A stretch of 64,000 nucleotides of DNA from Macrostomum lignano (GCA_002269645.1 NIVC01001484.1:62001-126000); one strand, 5' to 3'; shown: positions 24,816-39,351, numbered from the stretch's first letter. Translations and numbers: made by a program. The notes: a model not told the origin generated them from the sequence alone.

Positions 24816-27649
24816 ATGGCCGCCCCTGCCGACCTCTCGCAGCTGACGCAGCAGCTGGAGTGCTCAGTCCGCGAGCTGGAGAAGCTCACTCTGATGACCA
24901 GAGAGCAGCAGCTGTGGCTGCTCAAGCAAGCCATAATTAGCAAGCCCTGGCTGCGAGCCGTACTGGAGGACGCCTGCTGGCAGAGGAGCATCCGTGAGGC
25001 TACAACGCCTGTGCCAGACGAGCGTTCCGAAAAAGTAACCAGCGAGCTGGCCAAGACCATCAGACCAGGTAAGAAGCATACACTTTTCTAGTAACAAATG
25101 GTTTGAGTTAAAAAATCTAGGTTTTAACCAATCGACGTACTGGTATTTAACTGGAAATTTTAGGCAACGTTCTAAACTTGTACTACTACAAGATTCCGCA
25201 CAAGGTGGTGGTGGAGACCTGCAGCTACTCTCCCGATGAGAACGAACTGGCTGTTACGGCTATCCACTATGGGAGGCTGCGCCTGATGAGCCCCGTCACG
25301 GTACGGCGTGAGGACTTCCAGCTGCCTTGCAACGGCTCCAGCGTGTGGCTGCACACATTCCCGAACTCGGTGCTGTACTCAAATGAGGAATCGCTGTCTC
25401 GGGCACTCAGCCGCCTTGGTGAGAGACAGCACTATCCAACCAGCAACAACGCGCACACTTTGGCCGTGTGGTGTCGAGTTCGGGACTCGAGGAACCTGGA
25501 CAGCGTTCGGGTTCCTCTGCTCGACGACAACCGGAGAGAGCTGCACCAGCTGATGCCGGCTGATCACGTCAATGTGTCACTTTTTAACCGCGACATTCGT
25601 GCAGTCATCGTTAATGCAAAGCGTCTGGACCCGGTCAGAAAGTACATGATCCTGGATATTGTTGCCGCTACGTCAGATGTTGCTAACCTGCACGCATTCA
25701 CTAGAACATCGATCAGTCTTAATTCAAGCGATCCAATTGATCGGCTGAACCTTCAGTTCCGTAGACAGGATGTTCACCAGACTGTCGAATGCTTCGCAGG
25801 AGTCTGCTTGTCTTGGGGGTGCAGTCCACTCATGGCGATGACCTTCTCTCTCAGCGGCGTTCGCGCGGAACCAGAGCTTCGCCGAACCAGAGTCTCAGCC
25901 AGCCAGCTGGTCTCTGGAAACGTAATCGCGCACGACCACCGCGTCCAAATAGTGCTGTCCGTGCAGCGGCCAGCAGATCCTAAAACTGCGTACAATTTTG
26001 AGATTCTCGACTACCTACGGGTGAATACTGACGTGACGCAACATACTAAGCAAGTCAGTATCGTGATTGATCCAACTGAGCACGATAAAATTCAGCTGAT
26101 TCGGCACAGCGAGCCAGATCTACAGTGTCCGATACTGAGGACGTGGAAGCAGAAAGACCTGCCGTCGATCACAGAGCAGCCAGTGGCGCAAGTCACTGAC
26201 TTGCAGCCTGGCGATGCGGTGTGCATCCGAGAAAAGTCTGACGTTCATCCTTTGGAAACTAGTCTGCCTGGTCTTCACGCCATTGTGAAAGGAGTGAATG
26301 AAGACGACAGCAAAGGCTTGTCAGTTGATGTAGTCTGCTTCGGTGAAGAGAGAACGTTGTGCATCGGCGCTGTCCAAGTGCCAGAAAAGGGGCACGTGTT
26401 TAGTACACTACACTTCCAAGTCAGTGCAGAGCTGCTGGCTCCAAGAGAGCAAGCGCTACAGAAAGCGGTGGCTCGGATTGGCACCTACGGTTACTCCTGC
26501 GCCTGGAACAACTCATGCGACTTTGTTCGCTGGTGCTGCGTCAATCACAAGACCAACGCGCCTAGGCACCTAGGCGTTGTGACTGAAATCAGCCAGCTGC
26601 TCGCCCTGACCGCGCTGGGCCAGGGTCAGCTGAGATTTTCGCACGATCGCTCTGACAGCTCGGAAACGTTGCAGTTTGCCGAAGCTCGCCTTGTTGCCGT
26701 CAGCCCGTGTGGGGAGTGCATCGACCTGGCCAAGTTGAGTCTGACGGATATTGACTGGCAGCCGAACAGCGTGCAAAAGTTGACCATAACCAAGATCAGT
26801 GAAGGTAGCCGCGTGAGCCGGGTGACGTACGGCGATGAGCAAGCTGTGAGCGAATCCAAGGCTCAAATGCTGAGCGACACATCAAAAATTCTGCTCGGCT
26901 CGTCGCTAGCAAACGCCTCGGACAGACGCCTGGGCTGCGGTGTGTCGGACAGCCGCTTCTGCGCCTGGCTGCGCGGCCTGCGCCGACCCGGCCTCGCTGA
27001 ACTGGCCGCTCTACTGTCGGCTGACAGCGCAGCCGCGAGTGAGCCACCGGAAGCGAACGAACTCGTGACGGACTTCGGATGCCTGCACCGCTGGGATCAC
27101 ATTGTAATTGAGAGAGGTGAGGCCGCTCCAATTCACCTGCTGTTTGTTGAGGCGAATCCGGACACCGACTCGATTTGCGGATTCTCCTATGCGCCCAACG
27201 ACGAGCACGATCCCAGCGGCCGCTTGGACATGTATATGTACTTCCCGCCGGACCGGGCGCCCTACCCCATCGAGAAGGTGATTCAACGGGTTCCCCTGGA
27301 CGGCAATTTGAGCTCGGAGCTGAGCTCTAGCCTTGCTGCGACAGCCAACTCACCAGAGGATGCGGCAGCCTGGGCGCAGCTCTGCGTACTGGAGCTGGAG
27401 AACGACCTCGTCAAACTGCCAGCCGAACTGAGCCGGCCGCTCAAGGCGATGCTAAAATTCGGCTTCAGAGTTGCTGCCGGGCTCGGTGAATCAGGCGCTG
27501 GATCGCGCGACGCCTGCGCTAGAGGCTTGGCCTCCGCTAGCCTGAGGCGCCTGGTCTCTGCCACCTTGGAAACCGTGTCGGATGACGTCGGCAGGCGGCT
27601 GCTGTTCCTTCTGAAGCTGATTGCCAGCTTCATCGCTCCAGAGGCTTAG
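24816..27649 (+). CDS. Multi-LRAT repeat protein, paralogue B; 2 exons, ~912 aa
   Basis: Exons 24816-25068 and 25164-27649, with the intron at the same position and phase as in paralogue A (PG|N). Collinear motifs NNAHTLAVWCR, LQPGDAV, WNNSCDFVRWC, DMYMYFPPD..PYP, AAWAQLC.LEL. Confidence 0.8.
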
Positions 27650-27818
27650 GGCCCGAAAAAATCAAGCCATTCTAATACCTGTATCTGAACTCTCTTTTTG
27701 TCTGCAAATAGTTGTTTGTTAACCTGAACAAAAAGCTACGAATATTTGTTCCGTTTGGTGCAAATCTACCGATCTCCTTAACAATACTATTTTATAACCT
27801 TTCTATTTCAATGATTCA

Positions 27819-28620
<802 letters not shown>

Positions 28621-29620
28621 GTCGGTCTATCTATCTATATTTTCAATTTCAAACCGCTGAAATTAAATGTGTGTTAATGAAACAAATTGAAAACTTGATT
28701 AAGAATTAATTAAGAGTTCTCAAACGTAAGATACTGCTGCCATCCATAAGCGTTTTTGATAATTCGTAGTACGAGTACAAGGGAGTTAAAATTGTTTTAC
28801 AAAACAGTAAAAGCAAGTCAGTACATGTATTGAGCTACTCGAATACGCCTTATACATGCGTATCTAGCTTTGTTTGAGTAGCAATGGTACCCAAAGGACG
28901 TCTTTGTTACGATGTTATTAAAGGGTCCTTCGTTAAACGCATGAGTCTTTGAGATCCATTGAGGTTGCGCTGTTAATTTAGTGTGAGTTTACAGCCATAG
29001 ACAGAAATCTGTGTGACCAGACGGGGAGGTCGGGAGCTCGAATATCACCCGCTTCAGCTTTTCAGGTTTGTTGACATGGCAACTCTATACACACCTCAAT
29101 CAGAAATATGGATAGGCAGGGGCAGGCCCAGGGCAGTCCTGGCTCGCAGAACGTTAGCAACGAGCTGCTCCATGTAGCGCAGCAGGGTTGGATCGCGAAC
29201 TTGATCGCTGTCCTGTGGACCGAGGTCCTTCCAGCTTCGGTAGCGATGCACGCCTGCGAGCCGGAAGTTGACATACTCTGTGCCCCAACCTTTGGTGTAC
29301 CGCCACATCAACTGCACGCCCATGAGTTGCACGAAATGCGGCTTGACGATCATCTTTGACGGGGTGCCATGTAGGCGCACCTCGTCGTGGTGCAGTTTCA
29401 GCAGAGCGCTCAGCTTCAGGCCGGAGATCGTGGCGTTGGCTGACATCTCGCTATCGGCGGGCCACTCCAGCCAGAAATCTGCGTGCTGAAGTGACAGGCC
29501 AGCGGCTTTATTGTCCGACATGCGTTCTCGAACCAGGTCCCGCCAGTTGCTAAGACCCTCGCTTCTCGGTACAACGACCTCGTTCATGTCGGTGAATACA
29601 GCGAACTCGTATTTCGTATT

Positions 29621-31608
29621 ATGATCCGCAAAAGGTTTGTGACATCCACACTTATGGGCGTTACCCTCACCCGGGCGGTGATGAAAGGCGGCCCGCAAGG
29701 TGGCGTGCTAACTCCACTTCTCTGGAATCTCGTCATGGACGAACTTCTAACCGCTGACATTCCCAGCAGTATCACCAGGGCGGGCTACGCCGATGACGTT
29801 GCCGCGGTCGTCAGCGGACCCGACCCCGCCACTCTGCGCAACCTGATGCAGCAATTCGCCGACAAGGCGGCCGACTGGGCTACACAGCATGGCCTAAAAA
29901 TCAGCGTCACTAAGACTGTCGCTGTCGTTTTCACCAAGCGCCGTAAGTGGGAGATGAAAAACCTCACTGTCTATGGCAGAAACATCCCCTTCAAGAAGGA
30001 GGTCAAATACCTCGGTGTGACGCTAACGCATGACCTGCGCTGGACGAAGCACCTTGATAACGTCATCGGTCGGGCAAAACGCTGCTTTGCCCAGCTGCGC
30101 AGAGCCATCGGGCCGACTTGGGGCCTCTCGCCTAGAACGGTCCGTTGGATTTATACCGGCATCATCCGGCCCAGTATCACATACGCGAGTCTCATCTGGA
30201 CTAGCGTGCTGGAGCAGAAGGCCGCCCGTCAGCGGCTGTACCAGCTTCAGGGCAGCATTTGCCGTGCCATCACAGGTGCGTACCCGTCCACCCCTTACGA
30301 GGGGCTGAACACTATCCTTAACCTACCTCCGCTTCACCTATTTATTAGGGCGGAGGCTATGAAGTCTGCCTCCCGGCTTATCAGAGATAAAACGTTAAAT
30401 AACGCGCCCTCTGGCTTTATGCCAATGAAAACATTAATCCCGCATATGGACTTTGTCCGCCGCGACCTTAACAACATCCACATGGACCTGGGCAATGTGG
30501 ATAGTCGACCTCCCGCCCTCAACATCAGGAGGGGCTTCAAGACCGCCATCCCTGGCCGAGACAACATTCCGCTGGATGTCGGTGTGAACCGGCGCAGCCA
30601 GGGCATTCACTGCTTCACCGACGGCTCGCTGTTCAACGGCCGCGCTGGAGCGGGTATTGCCATTTTCCACGAGGGTAAGATGCTTCTCCAGGAAAGTCTG
30701 CACCTCGGTGAGAACACCTCAGTTTTCCAAGCTGAAATTTGCGCCATTGAGCAGTGTGCCCAGCAACTGTTTCAGGCGAACATTAATAATTTTGACATTA
30801 ATTTCTACACTGATAGCCAAGCTGCTATTAAGGCCTTAACCACTGAGAATATCTCCGCTGCTACAGTATCTCAATGCCACCGCAGTGTGCAATCTCTCTC
30901 AGTCCTTAACAGGATTAGAATTATCTGGACACCTGGTCACAGCAACATCCTGGGCAACGAGCTCGCGGACTCTCTCGCCAAGGAGGGCAGCAACCCAGAC
31001 GGCAACCACCGTCTGATGAGGCTACCCACCCCCAGGTCGCAAGTCACCCGCCATATCAACAGGTGGCTCCATCAGCAGCACCAGCTCCACTGGAACAGCT
31101 GCACCGAGTACAGGCAGAGCCGCTCTGCCATGCCTAACCTGAACAGGAAAGTCTCTGATTATCTGATTTCGCTTAACAGAACCGACCTCAGGGAGATGTG
31201 CATGGTCCTAACCGGCCACGGATTCTTCCAGAGACATATATCGTTGCAAACCGGTTGCCCTCCCACCTGTCCCTTCTGTGGCATAGGAGAGGAGACCGCG
31301 GAGCATCACGTCACCTTCTGCCCTTACTTCAACAAGGCGCGGCACAAATACCTCGGCCACCCCCAGCGGATGGACGAGCTGACCACCGCGGACAATATCC
31401 GAGACCTCCGCGCCTTCGTCCGGGACTCCGGCCGGATGAGGGTCGCCGATGCCTCCACTGCGGACCTGCCGACTACTGGCGGGGACTGGGCGCACCCCCA
31501 AGGCTAATCCTTGTGCTCTTTTACCTTGGGGTTGCGATAGGGGCCTCGCGGCCTATTCGCGGCGCCTGCGCCCCCCGTCAGTAGTAAGTAAGTAAGTAAG
31601 TAAGTAAG
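29621..31608 (+). mobile_element. 5'-truncated non-LTR retrotransposon (RT C-half + RNase H + C-terminal Cys/His motif; R1/LOA-like, I group)
   Basis: Uninterrupted 628-aa ORF 29621-31507: [24 protein letters not shown]; RNase H residues FTDGS, AE, YTDS, GNELAD; LTGH...CPFC...ETAEH...CP. Short GC-rich 3' UTR, (TAAG)6 tail at 31585-31608, flanking TT on both sides. Confidence 0.93.
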
Positions 31609-33329
31609 TTGGCAGAGGCGCGCATCACACAGTCCTGCAGCATGGCCATCTGGGCGAAGTGTTTCACTTCGACTGTGTTGTTGCTTGGCTGTGGCCACCT
31701 ATCGATGTTTACCGGCGGTTGGAAGGGCAGGACGGTGACGTCCTTGGCATACTGCAGGTGCGACAGGGTGCGGAGGGTGGCTGATGCAGATTCAAGATAC
31801 AAGTCTGAAATGGGACGCTTGCACAAAATTCACAAAGTTTAGATCTCAAAGTGAAGAGCTACACATAAATTCAATTCTTGTCAGAAATCCCAATGGGTAA
31901 TGAGTTGCAATTCATGTACATGTAGCCACCAACAACTATGTTTAACTGCAGTTCCCACAGTGCCACTTCATCACTCACATGTTTGCTAGCAAGCAGCGAG
32001 GCCACCCGCTTGCTCGATGCGAAATTATACACAAAGAACCGGTTGGCACCGAACAGGCGGTTCAACTCGAGCGTCTGCACCGCTTCATCAACATTGTCGT
32101 AAAACGAGTGAAGTGGCGACATGCACACGGCAAACTGGCCGTTGCGGACCGGCGTTGACGGCAGAACGCGCACCGGGAGGAAGCCGGCGGGCTGGGCGCA
32201 GTGCGACCTGCGGAAGCGGAAGCAACTTGCGCCCGGTCGCTTCGTCCAAAGAATTAGTTATGTCCTTTTTCTACATGGGTATTTCACCTCATCGAAGAGC
32301 CGACAAGGACCTTTCTCACCACGGCCTCCTCTACTGTCGGGTTCACAGTCAAACTTCGGAACCCATGTCTAAGGGAACAACCAGCCAAGCACCACGAGGA
32401 TGTGAAATTTTTCGCTTTGAGAACACAAGGTGACAGAATTCGCTAAAGATTGAAGAAGTCCTGGTCGAGGCTCTGCGGTCCCGAGTCACGAACGGGATTA
32501 AAGGACTCCGGCCGCAGCTACTCAGATTACCGATGAGGCGCGCATCCTCATGAAATCCTCATTTTATCCTCTTTATGCCATGGGGTTCTCAAGGGAGGGA
32601 CCGGGATGTGCTGCCAGTCGGACCAGTTATCGATCCCAGTTGGTTTGGTTCGGAGCAGTGATTCTTACATCTTGCTGTCATCTTTAGCTATCAGACTCAC
32701 CTGTTTAGGCACAGTTTTACTCACCATGCAAATGACACAGCACTGGGTATCTCTTCAACCTTGGAGGAAGTGCTGCAGGTAATCAACACAGCCTGGTAGC
32801 GCCGACTGTCTCCCTCTGGCAGGCGTTCCACGTGAGCTTGCATGGTGACCATCACCTGCGACCACCGCCGGTACCACAGCTGGCACATCAGGCCACTCAT
32901 GCCGACATTGCGGGCGATTCCGGTGCTACGGATTATCGGCTTCCGGGGGGCCAGTCTCGGATCGTAGAAGGCCGAATAGATCAACAGGTCTCGGTTTCTT
33001 CTGTGGCTGCTCAGAAATTGGAACTCCTTTTGTGCAGAGTACATGCAGTGAGTGACATTGAAGCTTTGTGTTAATCATTTTTCCAAGAAAGCTTTTACTG
33101 CAGTTTTCTATGGTGATTTCAAAAATTAGCTATCCACAAATGCTTTGCAGTCAGTAACTGCTAAAAGTTCATGCCTGCGGTGCTATACGGCACGGTGTTA
33201 TATGCATATGATAAAATACTACATGTATTTAGTTTGCATATATGGCATTATTTCTTTCATGCAGACAATAGAGCAGGCTATTTATGTGTAGAGCAACACG
33301 CATTGTAGAGAAATAACACCGATTGATCT

Positions 33330-33610
33330 CGGCGGCTGTGGTCTAGCGACTGAGTATCTGGAAGACTAGCCCAGCGACTGAGGATCTGGGAGAGCGGCGG
33401 TGGCCCAGCAGCTGAGGATCTGAGAGGTCAGTGACCTAGCAGCTGAGGATCTGGAAGGTCGGTGACCTAGCAGCTGAGGATCTGGGAGGGTAGTGATGAC
33501 CCAGAACTGAGGATCTGGGAGGGTAGTGATGACCCAGAACTGAGGATCTGGGAGGTCGGTGACCACCAGCTGATGATCTGGTAGGGCGTTGGCCGAACAA
33601 CAGAAGACCC
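33330..33610. repeat. Degenerate minisatellite related to the 28-bp array at 60447-61092
   Basis: Shares CCCAGC(A/G)(A/G)CTGAGGATCTGGGAG; lies in GT92 intron 1. Confidence 0.8.
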
Positions 33611-34644
33611 AGAGCAGATCAGGTTGTAGCCAAGTCCGCAAGCAAAAGGCCTGGGATCATACAGAAAAGGGGATCAAACAGAAAGGGCCCGTTTGTCTTA
33701 TACATTAAGTATATCAGTTTGGAGAAAATACAGAAAAAATGGGGAAATCTCATAAGGGAATCAATTCTGAGTCAAGGACTACCTGAGCGGTAACTGGCGA
33801 TAACAGCCTGGTGTGGCCGCACCAGGGCACCCGACGCCTGACACGCGACTCAGTCAGGTTCACGTTGTCGCTATTGACTGGAGTTTCAAGATGGTCGGAG
33901 CTGAGCAGCATAGCTTCACCTGGAGCCGGTTGGCTGCCAGCAGTCTCTGGCCAGCAAAAGTGCACTGCAGCCCCTGCTGCGATCACCACTGCAGCACAGA
34001 GCAGAATCCGACAGCGGACAACGACTTTGCGAAAGCCGGCAATGCGAACCATTGCAAACCAGAGGAATTCACAATTCCTTCTCTTGCAGTGCTTGCGCGT
34101 GCCAATATTTTGGACTCCTCAGTCGCTCTGTAGTTCTGCCCCTGTGCACCGTCGTATTACAGTTTCCAGGCTTTTGACATCAATGCCCTGTATTTTCTTG
34201 ACCACCCAAGCTCACCTTGCGCCCTACCTGCCCTACTGAGTCCACTGGTAAGAGGGCCAAAAACCCGCCTCCTGCCCCCCCCCACTCAATCTACTGACCT
34301 GTGTCTGTCTTTCGCAGAAGACAGTTTCAACTCAAACCCTTTCTGTGTAGCTCTCTTACTACGTTTTTGTTTAACGTTTGGGTGTGTCCTCAAGTGGCCT
34401 TTATCCTTTATCCTAGATTTTTATTACACATGAGAGCCCAATTAACTAAGCATTAGCTAAGTCGACTGACTTTTCCCTGAAGATGACGATCCAGAGAGTT
34501 TGAACGTAAGAAGCTTCTGGCTTCGCTTTCCAGTTTCGGCTGAGGCAGGGCCAGGGTCGTGTCCTCAGCTTCTGCTGTCTGGGCATTCGCATTGTGTCTT
34601 AAGCGCACTCAGAATACGATGCGAATTTGAAGGCCAAAATTAAA

Positions 34645-35325
<681 letters not shown>

Positions 35326-35829
35326 TGGCTATTTGTCTGCCCAGTGAGTTGAAGACCCAGTTATAAACAATGTACTAATATATAATTACAGGAAAGCAGT
35401 GGGCGCTGCATAAAATACAATATTTATTTTATTCTCCAACTGGATCAATTAAAAAGTGCACATGCGAGCACCCGAACTAAGATCGAACGGTAGATATGCT
35501 CAGTAGTGCAAGATCGCAGGAACAAATATTTAGATACTACAGACTCAGACTCAGGACAGGTCTTTGAGCAGCTTTTGTTTCAACGTTGCCATATTATAGA
35601 AGGCTGTCCTCAGTCTGCTCAAAGAGCCAATTTGAAGAAGAAAAATTATAACTGAAACATGAGAACGCAAACCTGACACCGTAAGACTAGGGAGTTTTTA
35701 GCGGTAAATTGAAAACAGAAAAATAGCAGTTCGGGAGAGAAAAATTGGAGATCTTACATTTGTCTTTCAGTCTGTGCACCTTTCTGCATTCTCTGGCAAA
35801 GGGTCTGGCCTGACTTGCTTTGAGTATTT

Positions 35830-37343
35830 CAGGGGTGCAGCCAGTGTTCTGTATGGGGCGCCATTCGATATGGATTGGCGCCAATTTCATGTGATTTGGC
35901 GCAATTTCGTGTCATTGGGCGCCATTCCATATGATTTGGAGCCATTCCATATGATTGGGCGCCATTTCATATGATTGGGCGCCATTCCATATGATTGGGC
36001 GCCATTCCATACGATTGGGCGCCATTTCATATGATTGGGCGCCATTCCATATGATTTGGGCGCCATTCCATATGATTTGGAGCCATTCCATATGATTGGG
36101 TGTCATTTTATGTCATTGGGCGTTATTCCATACGATTGGGCGCCATTTCATATGATTGGGCGCCATTCCATATGATTTGAAGCCATTCCATATGATTGGG
36201 CGCCATTTCATATGATTGGGCGCCATTCCATATGATTTGGAGCCATTCCATATGATTGGGTGCCATTTTATGTCATTGGGCGTTATTCCATACGATTGGG
36301 CGCCATTTCATATGATTGGGCGCCATTCCATATGATTTGAAGCCATTCCATATGATTGGGCGCCATTTCATATGATTGGGCGCCATTCCATATGATTTGG
36401 CGCCATTACATATGATTTGGGCGCCATTCCATATGATTTGGAGCCATTCCATATGATTGGGTGCCATTTTATGTCATTGGGCGTTATTCCATACGATTGG
36501 GCGCCATTTCATATGATTGGGCGCCATTCCATATGATTTGAAGCCATTCCATATGATTGGGCGCCATTTCATATGATTGGGCGCCATTCCATATGATTTG
36601 GAGCCATTCCATATGATTGGGTGCCATTTTATGTCATTGGGCGTTATTCCATACGATTGGGCGCCATTTCATATGATTTGGAGCCATTCCATATGATTTG
36701 AAGCCATTCCATATGATTGGGCGCCATTTCATATGATTGGGGCGCCATTCCATATGATTTGGAGCCATTCCATATGATTGGGCGCCATTTCATATGATTT
36801 GGGCGCCATTCCATATGATTTGGAGCCATTCCATATGATTGGGCGCCATTCCATATGATTTGGAGCCATTCCATATGATTGGGTGCCATTTTATGCCATT
36901 AGGCGTTATTCCATACGATTGGGCGCCATTCCATATGATTGGGCGCCATTTCATATGATTTGGGCGCCATTCCATATGATTTGGAGCCATTCCATATGAT
37001 TGGGCGCCATTCCATATGATTGGGCGCCATTCCATATGATTTGGAGCCATTCCATATGATTGGGCGCCATTTCATATGATTTGGGCGCCATTCCATATGA
37101 TTTGGAGCCATTCCATATGATTGGGCGCCATTCCATATGATTTGGAGCCATTCCATATGATTGGGTGCCATTTTATGCCATTAGGCGTTATTCCATACGA
37201 TTGGGCGCCATTCCATATGATTGGGCGCCATTCCATATGATTGGGCGCCAGCATTAGGGGCGTCAAAACTTATACTGAATGGAGCACCATATGCTACTTC
37301 CAGTTGATGGGGGGGGAGCTGGCCCCATCCTGGCTACGCCCTG
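35830..37343. repeat. 20-22 bp satellite (GGGCGCCATTCCATATGATT) with higher-order structure, bounded by imperfect inverted repeats
   Basis: Array at ~35860-37250. CAGGGGTGCAGCCAG at 35830-35844 and CTGGCTACGCCCTG at 37330-37343 are imperfect inverted repeats. Confidence 0.85.
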
Positions 37344-37490
37344 GTGTACACAGGCAGACAGACTGCCCTCTCTGTGCCTTCGCAGCAAAAGCCCCAGTCA
37401 AGCATTCACTCATAAAACCACCGATTTCTCAAAAGCCTTTCAATAAGGCAGTCCTTTGTCGGGTCCTCGGAGCCGCGGCGGCTGCCCCAG

Positions 37491-37971
37491 TCACTCCTCA
37501 GGGTTGATGGTGCTCACCAGCACCAGGTAGTACAGCCAGTAGAAGCAGTTGTACAGCAGGAAGCAGGCGGGAAACACGAACCGGCTGTAGGTGTCGATGT
37601 CCGAGTCTGGCGATGGCACCGGAGACGGCGGCGCTCCTTTGTTGTTGCCGTGAGGACCGCCGGCCCCGCCGCCGCCGCCGTCCTCAACGCTGGCAGCCAG
37701 GAGGTCCTCGAGCTCCTCCGGGAAGCCGGGATAGCCGTGCAGGTTGCCGCCGCCGCCGCCGTGGCAGGGCAGGCCGGGCGGGAGGCCGCCGCCGCGGATG
37801 ACGGCCAGCCGCTGCAGCTCTGAGCGGACAACGCCGCGAATCTCGCGCTGCCAGCTCTCCATCTTGGTGCGCCTGGCGCGGAACGAGGCAACAGCAAATT
37901 CGATCAGAGCGCCGATGACGAACATGATGCTAGCGATGATCCAGATGTCTATGGCCTTGATGTACGCCACC
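37491..37971 (-). CDS. Cys-loop ligand-gated anion channel: single terminal exon (TM3, intracellular loop, TM4)
   Basis: Acceptor ccgcAG at 37972-37973 in phase 2. (R)[10 protein letters not shown]...[11 protein letters not shown]...[22 protein letters not shown], stop TGA 37491-37493. Confidence 0.92.
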
Positions 37972-38014
37972 CTGCGGAGTTGCGGTTGGCGGTGCGTGAG
38001 GCTCTGCTTTCTCA

Positions 38015-38320
38015 CTTCATCCATTCGTCCATTCATCCCTTCATCCATTCATCCATTCATCCCTTCATCCCTTCATCCATTCATCCATTCATCCCTTCAT
38101 CCATTCATCCCTTCATTCCCTCATCCCCTCATCCCTTCATCCCTTCATCCATTCATTCATCCCTTCATCCTTTCATTCACTTATCTCTTTATCCCTTCAT
38201 ACATTAATCCCTTCATCCCTTCACCCTTTATCCCTTCATCCATCCATTCATTCATACATTAATCCCTTCATCCATTTATCCATTTATCCATTCATCCTTT
38301 CTTTCCTCCATTCATCCTTG
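38015..38320. repeat. (CATC/CATT/CCCTT)n low-complexity repeat
   Basis: Intronic, immediately upstream (gene sense) of the channel terminal exon. Confidence 0.9.
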
Positions 38321-38644
38321 TTTATTGCCAAGGCCCAAACAGTGAGCCACTTAAAGAGTCTGAGGCCAAATTCTTAAACTGCACCTACCGCATTATCGTG
38401 TTTCATACAGACTAATTAGGAAGTAAGTAGCATGAGTTGCAAATCATCGTTGATTTTTTAAAATGCATCTTCCAAAAACGGACCGCCGAAGCGGAGGAAT
38501 GCTAAACTATCCAAGTCTATCAAGAAACATTTTGTTTTCTAAACGGGTTTCGCAAAGATTTGTTTCCTTTTCGCACAGCGCTGAATGAGGCTTGGCCATA
38601 GACAAATTCTGTTTAGAATTGCTCGTCTAATGCCTGCAGCAAAA

Positions 38645-39351
<707 letters not shown>

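Larger units (their letters stand above)
29096..34052 (-). pseudogene. Glycosyltransferase family 92-like type II membrane protein; last exon disrupted by a LINE insertion in this haplotype
   Basis: Exons 34052-33783 (N-terminal TM), 33026-32725 (LIYSAFYD), 32207-31979 (FAVCMSPL...ELNRLFGANRFFVY) and 31751-31609 plus 29618-29096 (QMAMLQDCVMR...[10 protein letters not shown]...PSKMIVKP...VHRYR). These match GT92/DUF23 motifs. Confidence 0.78.

Noticed and set aside
35860-37250. CRISPR-like appearance of regular short repeats (also 56820-58790 and 60447-61092)
   Set aside because: Head-to-tail units with no unique spacers, no cas genes, and a eukaryotic context.
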